A stretch of DNA of 64,000 bases from Setoptus koraiensis (lineage: Eukaryota > Animalia > Arthropoda): assembly GCA_048013815.1 (NCBI GenBank), contig CM106585.1, forward strand, positions 5,828,001 through 5,892,000. Reading direction: 5' to 3'. The first letter of the stretch is position 1; each line of letters begins with the position of its first letter. Position numbers and translations under genes: made by a program. Below the pieces are notes generated by a model. That model was not told the DNA's origin. It saw nothing but the letters and a program-made list of their open reading frames with translations, and did not search any database. Shown here in pieces: positions 34,073 to 45,200 of this stretch.

Positions 34073-37000
34073 ATGAAGGTGCCCATGAGTCCCGAGGAGG
34101 CGCTGGCCCGCTACGGGGCCCAGCTGACCCCCTACGAGCGACAGGAGATAATGCAGTACGAGGGCAAGAATATTTATTATTTGGGCCTGGAGGCGAGCCC
34201 CGACAAGGTGATCACGTCCGAGTCGATGCCCAACAACGGCTTCGACGACGAGCACGGCAGCTACATCAAGGTTATTCACGACCACATCGACTATCGCTAC
34301 GAAATTCTCCAGGTCATCGGCAGGGGCTCCTTCGGCCAGGTGGTGCGCGCCAGGGACCACAAAACCAACCAGGATGTCGCGCTCAAGATTATACGCAACA
34401 AGAAGCGCTTTCATCAGCAAGCCCTCATCGAAGTCAACATACTAGAGCATCTTAACAAGTGCTGTGATCAAGCCCAACAGGCGACAAATAGCAACTCGTC
34501 AGCGGCATCCTTATTCTCCTCATTGTCGCATATTAACACCACTAACAACAACAATAGTAGCAATAGCAATATCAACAAACAGCAACACAACACCAACAAC
34601 AACAATATCCAACACGCCAACAATTACAATGGTAATAGCAATAGTTTAGGCTTCAACAGCAACAACAATATGCAAAACAATCTACACAGTGCTAACGCAG
34701 GCTGCCAATTTGTCATTCAAATGATTGATAATTTCTACTTTAGAAACCATCTTTGTATTACTTTTGAACTGCTCAACATGAACCTGTATGAGCTCATTAA
34801 GCGCAATTCCTACCAAGGCTTCAGCTTAAATCTAATCAGAAAATTCGCTTATTCGTTAGTGCAATGCCTAAGGATGCTAAGTCGCGAAAAAATCATTCAT
34901 TGCGATCTCAAACCAGAGAACATTCTACTGCGCGATAGAGGCAGTAGCTCAATCAAAGTCATCGATTTCGGTAGCTCGTGCTTCACAAGCAAACGAATCT
35001 ACACCTATATCCAGTCAAGATTCTACAGAAGCCCAGAAGTGATACTTGGACTGCCTTACGGAACTGCCATAGACATGTGGAGCCTCGCTTGCATACTAAC
35101 AGAATTGTGCACCGGCGAGCCACTGTTTCCTGGCGAAAATGAGGCCGATCAATTGAATTGCATTATGGAGGTGTGCTCCATACCGCCCGCTTCGGTTCTT
35201 GAGGCGGCCACCAGACGCAGATTGTTCTTTGATTCAAGAGGCAATCCTAGAAACACAATGAATTCAAAAGGCAAAAGACGAAGAGTTGGATCTAAATCGT
35301 TGGCCTCCATACTCAATTGCGAAGAGGCCGACTTTATTGATTTCCTAGAGCGCTGTCTCACTTGGAACCCGCGACTCAGAATGACACCAGACGAGGCCAT
35401 AAGACACCCGTGGCTGGCCAACTATGTCAGGCACACTCTCATCACTCCAAACATACAATCCCCAAACTTGAAAGGTAAAAAACAAAAAGAATTAGAAAAA
35501 ACAAATTGCTTGCATGCACTAACAGATTTAACCCACATAAATCTGAGTCTCCGTACAGCTTCCCATTCCACTGAATTGTTCACGAATGAAAATACTGACG
35601 GCACCCTATCACTATCTCTCATAACCTGTTGTACTCACAATGATCCCAAAAAAATATCCCGCTTCCCAAAAAACTATAAAAAATCAGATGTCACATCCAT
35701 GTCGAATAACAACAACAACCAGCACACATCAGATAACAACAACAACAACACCAGCAACAACATCAACACCAACAAAACTAGCAAAGATAGCAAATTCTTT
35801 CACGGCAATAATAGCAACGGCAATATCAGCAACAAGGATACCAACAACAACAACGTCCACAACTATTCAATCTTGCAACCGCATCAAATGAACACAAGTG
35901 ATAATACCAGTAGTAATAATAATAATAACAACAGTAATACTAATAATAATAAGACAGCCGCTGATGAATATTATTACACCACCCATCATCAGATAGCTAA
36001 TAGCAAAGTTCATTACAACAATCCTAATATTCATTCTAATATAATCAACAATGGCGCATCAAATTATATTGGTGACGGTATCGATTCGGCCAGTGAGAAT
36101 TACCGCCTGAATGGTATGGTGCAAGGAGCGGCTGCATTTAGCTCGCAACAGTCAAACGGGTCACAACAACAGCCTTCTCATGCCAACAACGCATATGCAG
36201 CATCTTTGTTCGGTCAAGCTAGACCACAGAGAGCTGTAGTTTCAAATACAATTAATAATGTGGCTACAGGTTTAGTAGCAACAGGTGAAAATCCAGCAAC
36301 ATCTACCACCACAATAATTGTGCCAACAACGAACAATGATTTAAATCACGCAGCTACAGCTGGAACTGACTTATCAGCTTCAGCGCAAATATTTAATACC
36401 AATAACGATGGTCATCGACAAATGTATAATCAGTCACAATCAATGAACAATCTAACGGCCCATCTTCTTGGCAACAATTCTCATCAACTACTATCGCAAC
36501 AACAGTTGGCATCTGGTATGGGTAGCAAGCTAAGAACAAGCCATTTTGTAACTTTAGATGGTTACAACAATAATCAAACTAGCAATGGTCGTGATGTAGC
36601 CGATGTCCAGCGTCGTGTTAGCTGCATCGCTGGTCCTTATCATCACCAAAGCAATAACACAACAACAGGTCTTACTTCGTCCGCATACGGTGGTGGTGCA
36701 AATAACGGCTGCTTGAATGATAACAACCTGATAGCAACAAATGCTGCGAATTCAACATCATCGTCGTCAACATCAAAATCATCCTCGGCTTCGTCGATTG
36801 GAGGTGGGTTAGCATATAACGGTCTGCAGAACAACAACAACAGCAACAATAGCTTTGCCAACAATGGCAGCCAACTTGCTTCTATGGGTGGCTATCACAA
36901 TCAACCTATTGCGGGTAGTGCAACTAAAAGTGGTCATGTCATGGCAACTTCAAGATCCATGCACCTACTGAACAACAGTCAAAAGTCAGCCACTAAATCT

Positions 37001-38548
37001 ACTGGTGGTAACATGATGGCTGGGGTGACCAGTGCAACATGCGTGATAAAAGAGCTAAATAAAAACACGGCTAGCAAATGCAACGTCATCAACCATAACA
37101 GTAATAATAACGGTGGTAACAGCACAAATGGTGGTTGCGTAACAGCCCAAAGGCGCCATAGCAGTATCACTGCTTATAGCCAGAACAATGTTACTAACGG
37201 GAAATTGTTGACCAATGGGCTATCCTCCACCTCGCTCACTAATAATAATGGGGCAAACAATGCTCCATTCCACAATAATAGTTCAGGTAAATTAAATGAA
37301 GCTGAGAACGAGTCCCACAATTCCCAATCCTACCAACCCGCGAGACTGACCCCTTTGAAAGAAAATTTCCAAAAACTAAAAAGTCCAATTATCTCCCCTT
37401 CAATCCCAAATATATTCCAAATTGTCCAACCGTCCCCTCAACTAAACAGGGCGTCAGGTGTTGATACAAAATCAGTTGTAGAATCAAGGGAGAATATAAA
37501 GGAAAAGATTAGAGATATTAAAAGAAGAATGGTAATTGAGCGCCAGAGAGATGCAGAGTTTAGGAAAACGAATTTTTTCAGAGGTGGCAACATCTCTGGA
37601 AATGCAAAAAATTGTGATACGAATCAAATGTCATTCTCAAATAATGAAAAAGGAGGGCCCACACCTGAACAGTTAGAGGAGCAGCCTAAAAGAATCAAGC
37701 TAGAACACGAATTAGTTGCTGAAGATTTCGAAGAGTGTGCGAGAAGAGTCAAGTCTAAAGAACAACGGGCAGCTGAAGAGTTTGAAGAGTGGCGTAGAAA
37801 TATCAAATTGGAGTATGGTTCGTTGGATGAAAGATATAGAGATTTAGTTAGAGGGGCCAGGTCCGAGGACGAACAAGCGGCTGCGTGGTACGAAGGATGG
37901 GCTAGAAGAGTAGATTCAGGGGTCGAACCAGCGATTGAAGATTACGAAGACTGGGGTAGAAGAGCTAATTTGGAATTCTTACCAACGGCTGAAGAATACG
38001 AAGAGCGGCGCAGACGAATTGATTCAGAGTGTGTAGCACCGCCGCGGCAACCCATAAAATTGCAGTACGAACCTACCGCTCAAGAGAAGATTTCTGCCTG
38101 GAAATGTCAATTTATTGATGAACAGCCCATGAATTTACCTGAAGTCCATCCTCACCATTATCATACCGGTCTACCTGCCAAGAAAGAAATAAATGAATTT
38201 TTGCCGTCTCCTAATAAGAAAAAAGACGATGCGACCGACCCCTTTGGTCCGATTTGTTCTTTGAGAGTTGAACCAATTCAGGAAGAAGGCCCAGTGAAGA
38301 TATCACGAGCTGTACAGGCGCAATCTAATTTGGACGAAACACAAAACGAATCAGGGAAAAAAGATTTTAGCAGCAGTGGTGATATCATGAGGCTCAGAAA
38401 GTTGGTTGAATGGTGTGAAAAACAAGCAGCAAGGATGCCTCCCTCTAAACGCATATCTCTGCCTATCTTAGTCAACCGCGACGTAACCATGACTAGAAGG
38501 AAGTACCGACTCCTGGAGGTATACTTGTCAAAGAATGTATGCTCTTGA
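34073..38548 (+). CDS. DYRK4: Class II DYRK kinase (DYRK4/smi35A-like) with long Asn/Ser-rich C-terminal region
   Basis: FDDEHGSY DH box, GRGSFGQV, ALKIIRNKKRFHQQAL, HCDLKPEN, DFGSSC and YTYIQSRFYRSPEVILG motifs. The frame is also open upstream of the ATG, so 5' exons are possible. Confidence 0.93.
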   Translation: MKVPMSPEEALARYGAQLTPYERQEIMQYEGKNIYYLGLEASPDKVITSESMPNNGFDDEHGSYIKVIHDHIDYRYEILQVIGRGSFGQVVRARDHKTNQDVALKIIRNKKRFHQQALIEVNILEHLNKCCDQAQQATNSNSSAASLFSSLSHINTTNNNNSSNSNINKQQHNTNNNNIQHANNYNGNSNSLGFNSNNNMQNNLHSANAGCQFVIQMIDNFYFRNHLCITFELLNMNLYELIKRNSYQGFSLNLIRKFAYSLVQCLRMLSREKIIHCDLKPENILLRDRGSSSIKVIDFGSSCFTSKRIYTYIQSRFYRSPEVILGLPYGTAIDMWSLACILTELCTGEPLFPGENEADQLNCIMEVCSIPPASVLEAATRRRLFFDSRGNPRNTMNSKGKRRRVGSKSLASILNCEEADFIDFLERCLTWNPRLRMTPDEAIRHPWLANYVRHTLITPNIQSPNLKGKKQKELEKTNCLHALTDLTHINLSLRTASHSTELFTNENTDGTLSLSLITCCTHNDPKKISRFPKNYKKSDVTSMSNNNNNQHTSDNNNNNTSNNINTNKTSKDSKFFHGNNSNGNISNKDTNNNNVHNYSILQPHQMNTSDNTSSNNNNNNSNTNNNKTAADEYYYTTHHQIANSKVHYNNPNIHSNIINNGASNYIGDGIDSASENYRLNGMVQGAAAFSSQQSNGSQQQPSHANNAYAASLFGQARPQRAVVSNTINNVATGLVATGENPATSTTTIIVPTTNNDLNHAATAGTDLSASAQIFNTNNDGHRQMYNQSQSMNNLTAHLLGNNSHQLLSQQQLASGMGSKLRTSHFVTLDGYNNNQTSNGRDVADVQRRVSCIAGPYHHQSNNTTTGLTSSAYGGGANNGCLNDNNLIATNAANSTSSSSTSKSSSASSIGGGLAYNGLQNNNNSNNSFANNGSQLASMGGYHNQPIAGSATKSGHVMATSRSMHLLNNSQKSATKSTGGNMMAGVTSATCVIKELNKNTASKCNVINHNSNNNGGNSTNGGCVTAQRRHSSITAYSQNNVTNGKLLTNGLSSTSLTNNNGANNAPFHNNSSGKLNEAENESHNSQSYQPARLTPLKENFQKLKSPIISPSIPNIFQIVQPSPQLNRASGVDTKSVVESRENIKEKIRDIKRRMVIERQRDAEFRKTNFFRGGNISGNAKNCDTNQMSFSNNEKGGPTPEQLEEQPKRIKLEHELVAEDFEECARRVKSKEQRAAEEFEEWRRNIKLEYGSLDERYRDLVRGARSEDEQAAAWYEGWARRVDSGVEPAIEDYEDWGRRANLEFLPTAEEYEERRRRIDSECVAPPRQPIKLQYEPTAQEKISAWKCQFIDEQPMNLPEVHPHHYHTGLPAKKEINEFLPSPNKKKDDATDPFGPICSLRVEPIQEEGPVKISRAVQAQSNLDETQNESGKKDFSSSGDIMRLRKLVEWCEKQAARMPPSKRISLPILVNRDVTMTRRKYRLLEVYLSKNVCS
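37661..38038 (+). repeat. 7 x 54-nt degenerate coding repeat (18 aa)
   Basis: TPEQLEEQPKRIKLEHEL / VAEDFEECARRVKSKEQR / AAEEFEEWRRNIKLEYGS / LDERYRDLVRGARSEDEQ / AAAWYEGWARRVDSGVEP / AIEDYEDWGRRANLEFLP / TAEEYEERRRRIDSECVA. Confidence 0.85.
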
Positions 38549-39268
38549 TAGCCATACCATTGATTTTGTACTGATTGTATACGACATGCTTCGGACTACT
38601 CGAACGAATTTCGAGGATAAATTAACATAGTAAAAAATAGTGTAAACAAGTGTTGTAATAATTAGTCAAAAAATTATATAATAATCGAATTCAGTTCATT
38701 AGAAATATGAAAATTGTAATGATTTAATTGAAATTACCAAATAAATAATTGATATATTAATTAATTGAATAAAAGATGTTTGAAGGAATCTCACAAATCT
38801 CTACAAGAAACCAAACTAGCAATTTGTTATTTTAAATCCCATTATCATTTTTATCTATAGAAGAAAATTATAGTAGAACTGATTGATAAAATCACGTTTG
38901 GTTGATTCTCCAATTCTTTCTGTAGTTAGCAATACTAAAAATATTTATTAAACTATAATTACTCAAACGAAATGGACATAGATGCCAATAGATGAGGCTC
39001 TACAATAATAGCAAATTTAAATTTAAGGTTAGCTAAAACAATTTATGCGTTCCTCCTAAGTGAGTTGAAAATGGTCATAATATACGATCATTGGGTGTGT
39101 ATTTAATATTCTTATTTGCTTGTTCGATAATTGATATAATCTATACATTAGAACGTCATCTATAACTGTACAAATAACTGTTGCTTTTGAAGAACAATTT
39201 AATACAATCGAAACACCTACAATCTGTATGGATATCTATAGAGAGCTATAGAAGAATAACAGTACATG

Positions 39269-42200
39269 TCACATATTGACCATGGCATGATTCATGCTTG
39301 AGTGTTGCGCCTGGTGATGATAATACGAAGAAGGCGACACAGGTGGAGAGGGCCAGTACAATATTGGATGATAATAGGCAGTGGTCATTTGACCTGGAGC
39401 AGCACAAGGATGTTGCGGGTGTCCTTGAGGAACGATTCGAGCGAGAGCAGCGGCTGCTGCTGCCACGGAGGTGTTATTAGGTAATGCAGGTAACATTGCA
39501 GTTTGACCTGGTTGTATAAATGGGTGAGGGTAATGTCCATAGGGGTGATGTGGCAAGAAACCTGAAGCTAGAAAAAGAACAGATAGGTTAGCGCACTGGC
39601 ATGGGAGATGGGCGACTTGGTGAAAATTTTGTAAAAAGAATAGATAATTTACCTGTTGGTACTAGGGGCCTGTGGATAGGAACTCCGTTTGTTAACACAA
39701 GTATCATATCGTCGATAGAGCATTGGAACACTTCGATGTATCTCAATTTTTTGCCGGAGGTCATGTTTTTGTGGTGCCTAGATTGAGCTGCAACATGGGC
39801 CGATTGTTCGCTGTCCATTTGAATGAAGGCCTCGCCGGAAGGATGTCCCTGAAGTGGTATCAAATAGAATGCAATAATGGAATCAATACAGTTCGCCAGT
39901 AGGTTACTGATGACGAAGATTGTATGAGAAATATCAAGGCTTACCTGTGAATTATAGACCATGTGGACACCCTGATAGACTATGTTCTTTCCGTATTCTC
40001 CGAGAAATTCTAATATTTGTTCGACTTGAGCCTCGTAAGGCAGACCCCGCAAACGGATACAATCCTTCCTGCTGGAGTTGGCCATCATGTGCGGCGGCGA
40101 CATTAGAGCCATAGGCTGGTGGCCAGGTATTGCGGATACCATAGGTGGTGACGGTTGTTGTTGTACAGTGTGATGGAATGGTGTTGTAGTTGGTGTTGGC
40201 GATGCTTGTGTTTGTGCAATCGGTTGATGGTGTCGATTTGATGACGCGTTGTGGTTAATTGCGTTCGATTGTTTGGACGACGCCACCGACGATGACGCCA
40301 GAGACGAGCTATCCTTGCTTAGACTCGGCGATCCATTCGACCGGTTCCTGGTTGGACTGGAGTCCGAAGAATCGCCGTCAGTGGTGTGACTGTTTGAGTC
40401 CGCGATGGGCGAATGGGCCCGGTGCTGGTTGCTGTACTGCTGTTGGTGATGGCCATTATTCGCTTGGCTCATAATTGCGTTTGAGGGCTTGACGATCCTC
40501 TGTTGGTGGTGACCATTAGACATGAGACCGTTGCTGTTGCTGTTGAATTGCGAGCCATGAGAATTGAAGCCCAGCAATTGACCGTTGACCATTTTTGTTG
40601 GCTCCATGGACCTATTGAGCACTTGTTGCACCTCGGCCGTCGTGCTCCTGAATAGTTCAATGTACCTGGCGCCAATGCTCTGCCTGTGTTTCGACAGAGC
40701 CTTTGTTGCCTCGCTCTCTGATTCGAACAAAACAAAAGCGTCGCCAGTAGCTTTTCCGTCGATTTTTTTCACAAACAAAACGCCCTCGGAGGCCAGCATC
40801 ACCGTACAACTGTTGTCGCCCTTACTGAAAAATTCGATCTGTGTGTCAGGTGGAAATAAGAGGCACATTTGTGTTACCTAATTGCGACAAGCATCATAAG
40901 CAGCGTGTTGGCAATGTGTGAGCGGCTCGCTCGTTTACTTACGACTTGTTGACTTGTGCAATCGTAGGGCAGTCCTCGCATTCTGATTATCACCTCGGCT
41001 CCCCGCGAGAGGAAGGCTTGAGCCTTGTTGTTGAAGCCTTTCGATTGTGTAACATTGGCGTTTGCGTTTGTTGTTGTTGTTGTCGTTGTCGTCGTTGTCG
41101 TGTTCGTCAATTTGTTCACCGAGGCATTTTTTTGTTTTTTTGTAGTTTGTTGTTTGGCGGCATTGGGCGCATTCGATTGATTCGTGTTGGAATTTTTCGT
41201 CACGTTATTTTTGTCATTGTTGTGGTTGTTGTTGTTCGTTTTCGCCGTTTGCGATACAACGACCGCGGCAGAGGATTTTCGCGCATGATTTTTCGTTGTT
41301 TGGTTGATTTTGAGTTTCATTTGTGCAGATCGAAGAAAGATAATTGTATTCTGTATTAGTTAGTGCTGTGTAACATCTGATTTTAACATTTGTTCCGCGT
41401 TAATCTTTGATTGTGCCAACAAAACGCCGATACCGTGCGTGAGATAATAAATAATAATGAAATTTCTCTCACAAAGCTCATCGCTGTTCTCCAAAACCAT
41501 GACTGATGAATGCTTGGCAATTTGTAGAAAGCAAAAATGAAAAAAAACTTTTGCAACGTGTGCGGAAAGTACTCACAAGCTTGATATAGCGTCGGGGCAG
41601 CGCGAGTCAACCGCATGTTTTTTAAAAGGATCGCTATTTTTCATACAGTCGCTTGTCAGTGTCATACAGACTCATTTGATACCACTTGCCGCTACAGTTG
41701 TCGTAACTAGTATCATATATAGTATCATATACTAGAATTATATGCTAGAATTATATACTACAAGTATATCAATCAACTGTAGCTATATCTGGCAGGCTTA
41801 AATGTAAGAGCAGGCACAGTGTCTTTCGGCGAGTGTGTGTTCACAGTTGCCATGGCAATTCTTTATCTCTCATCTATTCATTATGCCTCAAGATATGGTA
41901 ATAATGAATGCAAAAACGAGATCGCGGGCAGCATCCTTCATCCAGTTACAACTGGACCATGGACACCCGACATAGCGAGCGAGCGAGCGACGGAGGCCGG
42001 GCCGGGCCGAGCCGAGCCGTTTCAAGCTGGCCCCAACGAGCAGATCAAGCGATAAAATGATTATGCAGCAGCGTGATTATGTACATGTTTGCTAGTTTGT
42101 TTGTTTGCATAAATAATGAAAATGGAAATGAAATTATGCGTTGATGTTGCGCAATATTGTGCTCAAACCAACCAAGTGTCACACCGACGTCCTTGCTAAC

Positions 42201-45200
42201 GTCTAGTGTGCCAGTACACACTGGATGGTTGAAACCGTTTCCGCCATTTCCCTCAGCATTTACTGTCCATATACGCGTCAGATATCGACAGAAAGTCTTG
42301 CCTCTGAGTATGAGCCATCTCTAGCGAACAGCAGCGAGATAGACGATTGCAAGTCTAGACAGTCTAGAGCATGCTCGGAGGGCGCTGTCTAATGGCTCGG
42401 ATGGTGTCTCTGGTAGGCGATCAATAGGCAGCCCACGCTGCAGATGATATTCGGTGCAAAAGATATTTTTCGTTGGTCTTGATTGAGTTTCAGATCAACA
42501 CTTGCCAATTCTGACGGCGCATGCTGAACGGCGCTGATAAAAGCTAAGCTGATAAGGCTGCTGAAAATAAATTAGTGCCATCAACACTTCACAACACACA
42601 CACACACACAGTTTGTGATCTAATTAGATTGAGTGAATATGATTTTGCACACACCAATGTGGCAAACACTAACACGGCGGCGGTGTGTCTATTTTTGCTA
42701 ATGTATGAGCCGGATGATGAGAATTGACACTCGAGGACGGGAGATCACACGGTGATGATAAATGATTGAATGAATAGATAGCCGCATTGTAATTTCGGCT
42801 GAGCACTTGAGTTGTTCATGCCTCGCAAGGGTTACATTCATGTTACAAACTGTTGATCGAAGAACAGCAATAATTAGCCGTCACGTGGATGCAAGTCGCG
42901 CCGCTGTAATTAGCGGGCCCAACAATTAGTTTGTTATGTATGTTTTGTATGGCGGCCGCAAGCTGTCAGAACGGCCAGATTATCTGACAGAAGCTGCGAG
43001 CTTGCCAAAATTCAAAATGTGCGCCACTGTCAAGAGCGCACTGTTGCAGTCTGCGAGTTGCAGACACTGACACACGACGCACACACTGACTTACGAGCTC
43101 ATCAATTCATTATCGTTCGCTGTTTGCCAAGTTACTGTTTGCCGCTTGAGGCTCGGTGGCCCCTCATCTGCCTGACGCTTCCTCAATCTCAACGCTTGTC
43201 TCAATCTAGCGCTAATTGTTGGCCTGAGATTACTGGCCAGAAGATGATAATTCGAAGATGATAATTAGTGGGTGTTGGCAGTCGTTGGTCGGATGCCGTG
43301 GATATATCCCGTCAGTCACTGATGATCAGTGTTCTATTGACTAGTGAGCAATTGTGCCGACCTGCGCAACTTACGTAAGCTTACGTGATCTGAGCAGCAT
43401 TCAACTATTGGTGCGCTGCACAGTGGAATGGCGCGCTCAGAGGTGGCGCTGAGATCGCTCATTCGGTGGTTGGTAGACAATTTTCATTTCAATTCTAATT
43501 AACTGTGAGCATGATTGCACGAAATTATCCCAGTCAACTCTCAATAGGTAATTGTTGGCCAGTTAATGGGCCCTGTCACACTTGATTGCTCATATCATTT
43601 GCTCCGACTGACGGGTAACAAACGACACTCACTGACGGGTAACAAACGAGAGCACGAGGCCAGCCTCGGATCACAGCCACTTGGTACAGCAAATGATTTA
43701 TGGTCGCAACGAGAATGGGCGCCGTCGGCTAACCAGAGCTGACAATGAGAGCCATGAAACTAGTCAATAAAGGTTGATTGTTGCGCTAATTGTTATATTC
43801 ACTCACTGCTACTGCTGCGACACCTGCTGATATCGCTGATATTGCTGATATTGAGCCGGCGATAACGTGTATGCGCGCTCTAGTGCTACAATTGCCAATT
43901 AAATATGAAGTGAGTATGAAAAATGCAACTGCTGATTTTGGCGAGCAAGCGACAACGGTGTCGTAAACGGATAAATGATTTGGCTAGCGCGACAGTTATT
44001 GAGTTTGTCTCACAACAGTTTGTCAGTTGACTTACCTGCGGCAATGTTGAGAAAATCCTCGCCGTTTGCCCGATACACCTCGATGTATCTCTGGCCCATG
44101 TGATGCTTGTGGCGCTTCAGCGCCATGTCCCTATGCTCCTGGCTCTCGAAACGCACTAGCGCCTCGCCGTTGCGACGACCCTGCGGACTCAGACACAGAG
44201 CAACGCCGCCCCTGGTGTGCGCCAACAATCAAGTGATCAGTTGATTAGTTAGTTGCTTAATCAATTGTTATCTGGTTATCCGGTTATCTAATTAGATGTT
44301 CGGCATTCCAATTGGACGCTCGACATTCCAATTGGACGTTCGACATTCTAATTAGATAGCTCGAGTGTGTGCAAATTGTAACTTACTTGCCAATGTTGAG
44401 ACCAACAAAGAACTTGGCTATGTCCTGATCGGACGATTGCCAGGGCAGACCGCGAGCTCTCACCACGGTGTTGTCGTCTATGATATCCTCTTTGGCACTG
44501 TTTCGGCAATTGTTGTTGGTCGGCGGTCGGTCGGCGGTCGGTCGGTCGGCGGTTGGTCGGCGGTTGGTCGGCGGTCGGTTGGCGGTTTGTTGGTGGCGGT
44601 CAGAAACGAGAGAGAACGAACATTGTTGCTGAGTGAGAGGCGATAACGAGACACAGTGTCACAGATGAACAAACGACAATCAGCGATCGGTGCCAGTTGC
44701 TGGTGGTGATGATGTGCGCGCGCCCATTCTCAAATGATTGATAATTAATTAGTCGACTAGTTGTAGTTGGACGGCTCACAAATGTGTCAATTCTCAATTT
44801 TGTTCACTGTTGCCACTGACACGCTTGCTGACACTGTCGCCTAACTGTTTGGCGCCATTTTACGACGTTTCGACGTGGCGTTGCTGCTGTTTGTCAGTGT
44901 GTTGTTGGCCGGCGTGCGCCAACTCACAACGCAACGCCGATCGTGCGACCACTTGGGGCGATTCTGTTTTGCCTGTTTGGCTGTTGTGATTTGTCTGCAA
45001 CTGATTGTCGAATGGCAAGCTTGTTGTCGTTGTGATTGTTGTCGTTGTGGTTGTGGTTGTTGTCTACTTACCAGATGCCGGGCTCCAAATGATCGCTAAT
45101 GGTCTCGAGCTGGGAGAATCTGTAGCCTGTGGGCGTTGACAATGTTGTCCGTTTAAATTGACGGACAATATTTCAGTTGACACCAGTGAGACAACAACAA

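Noticed and set aside
40874-41320. Asn/Thr-rich ORF extension upstream of the ESRP RRM2 exon
   Set aside because: The upstream acceptor at about 41351 is in the wrong phase for the previous donor; collinearity favours the acceptor at 41038.
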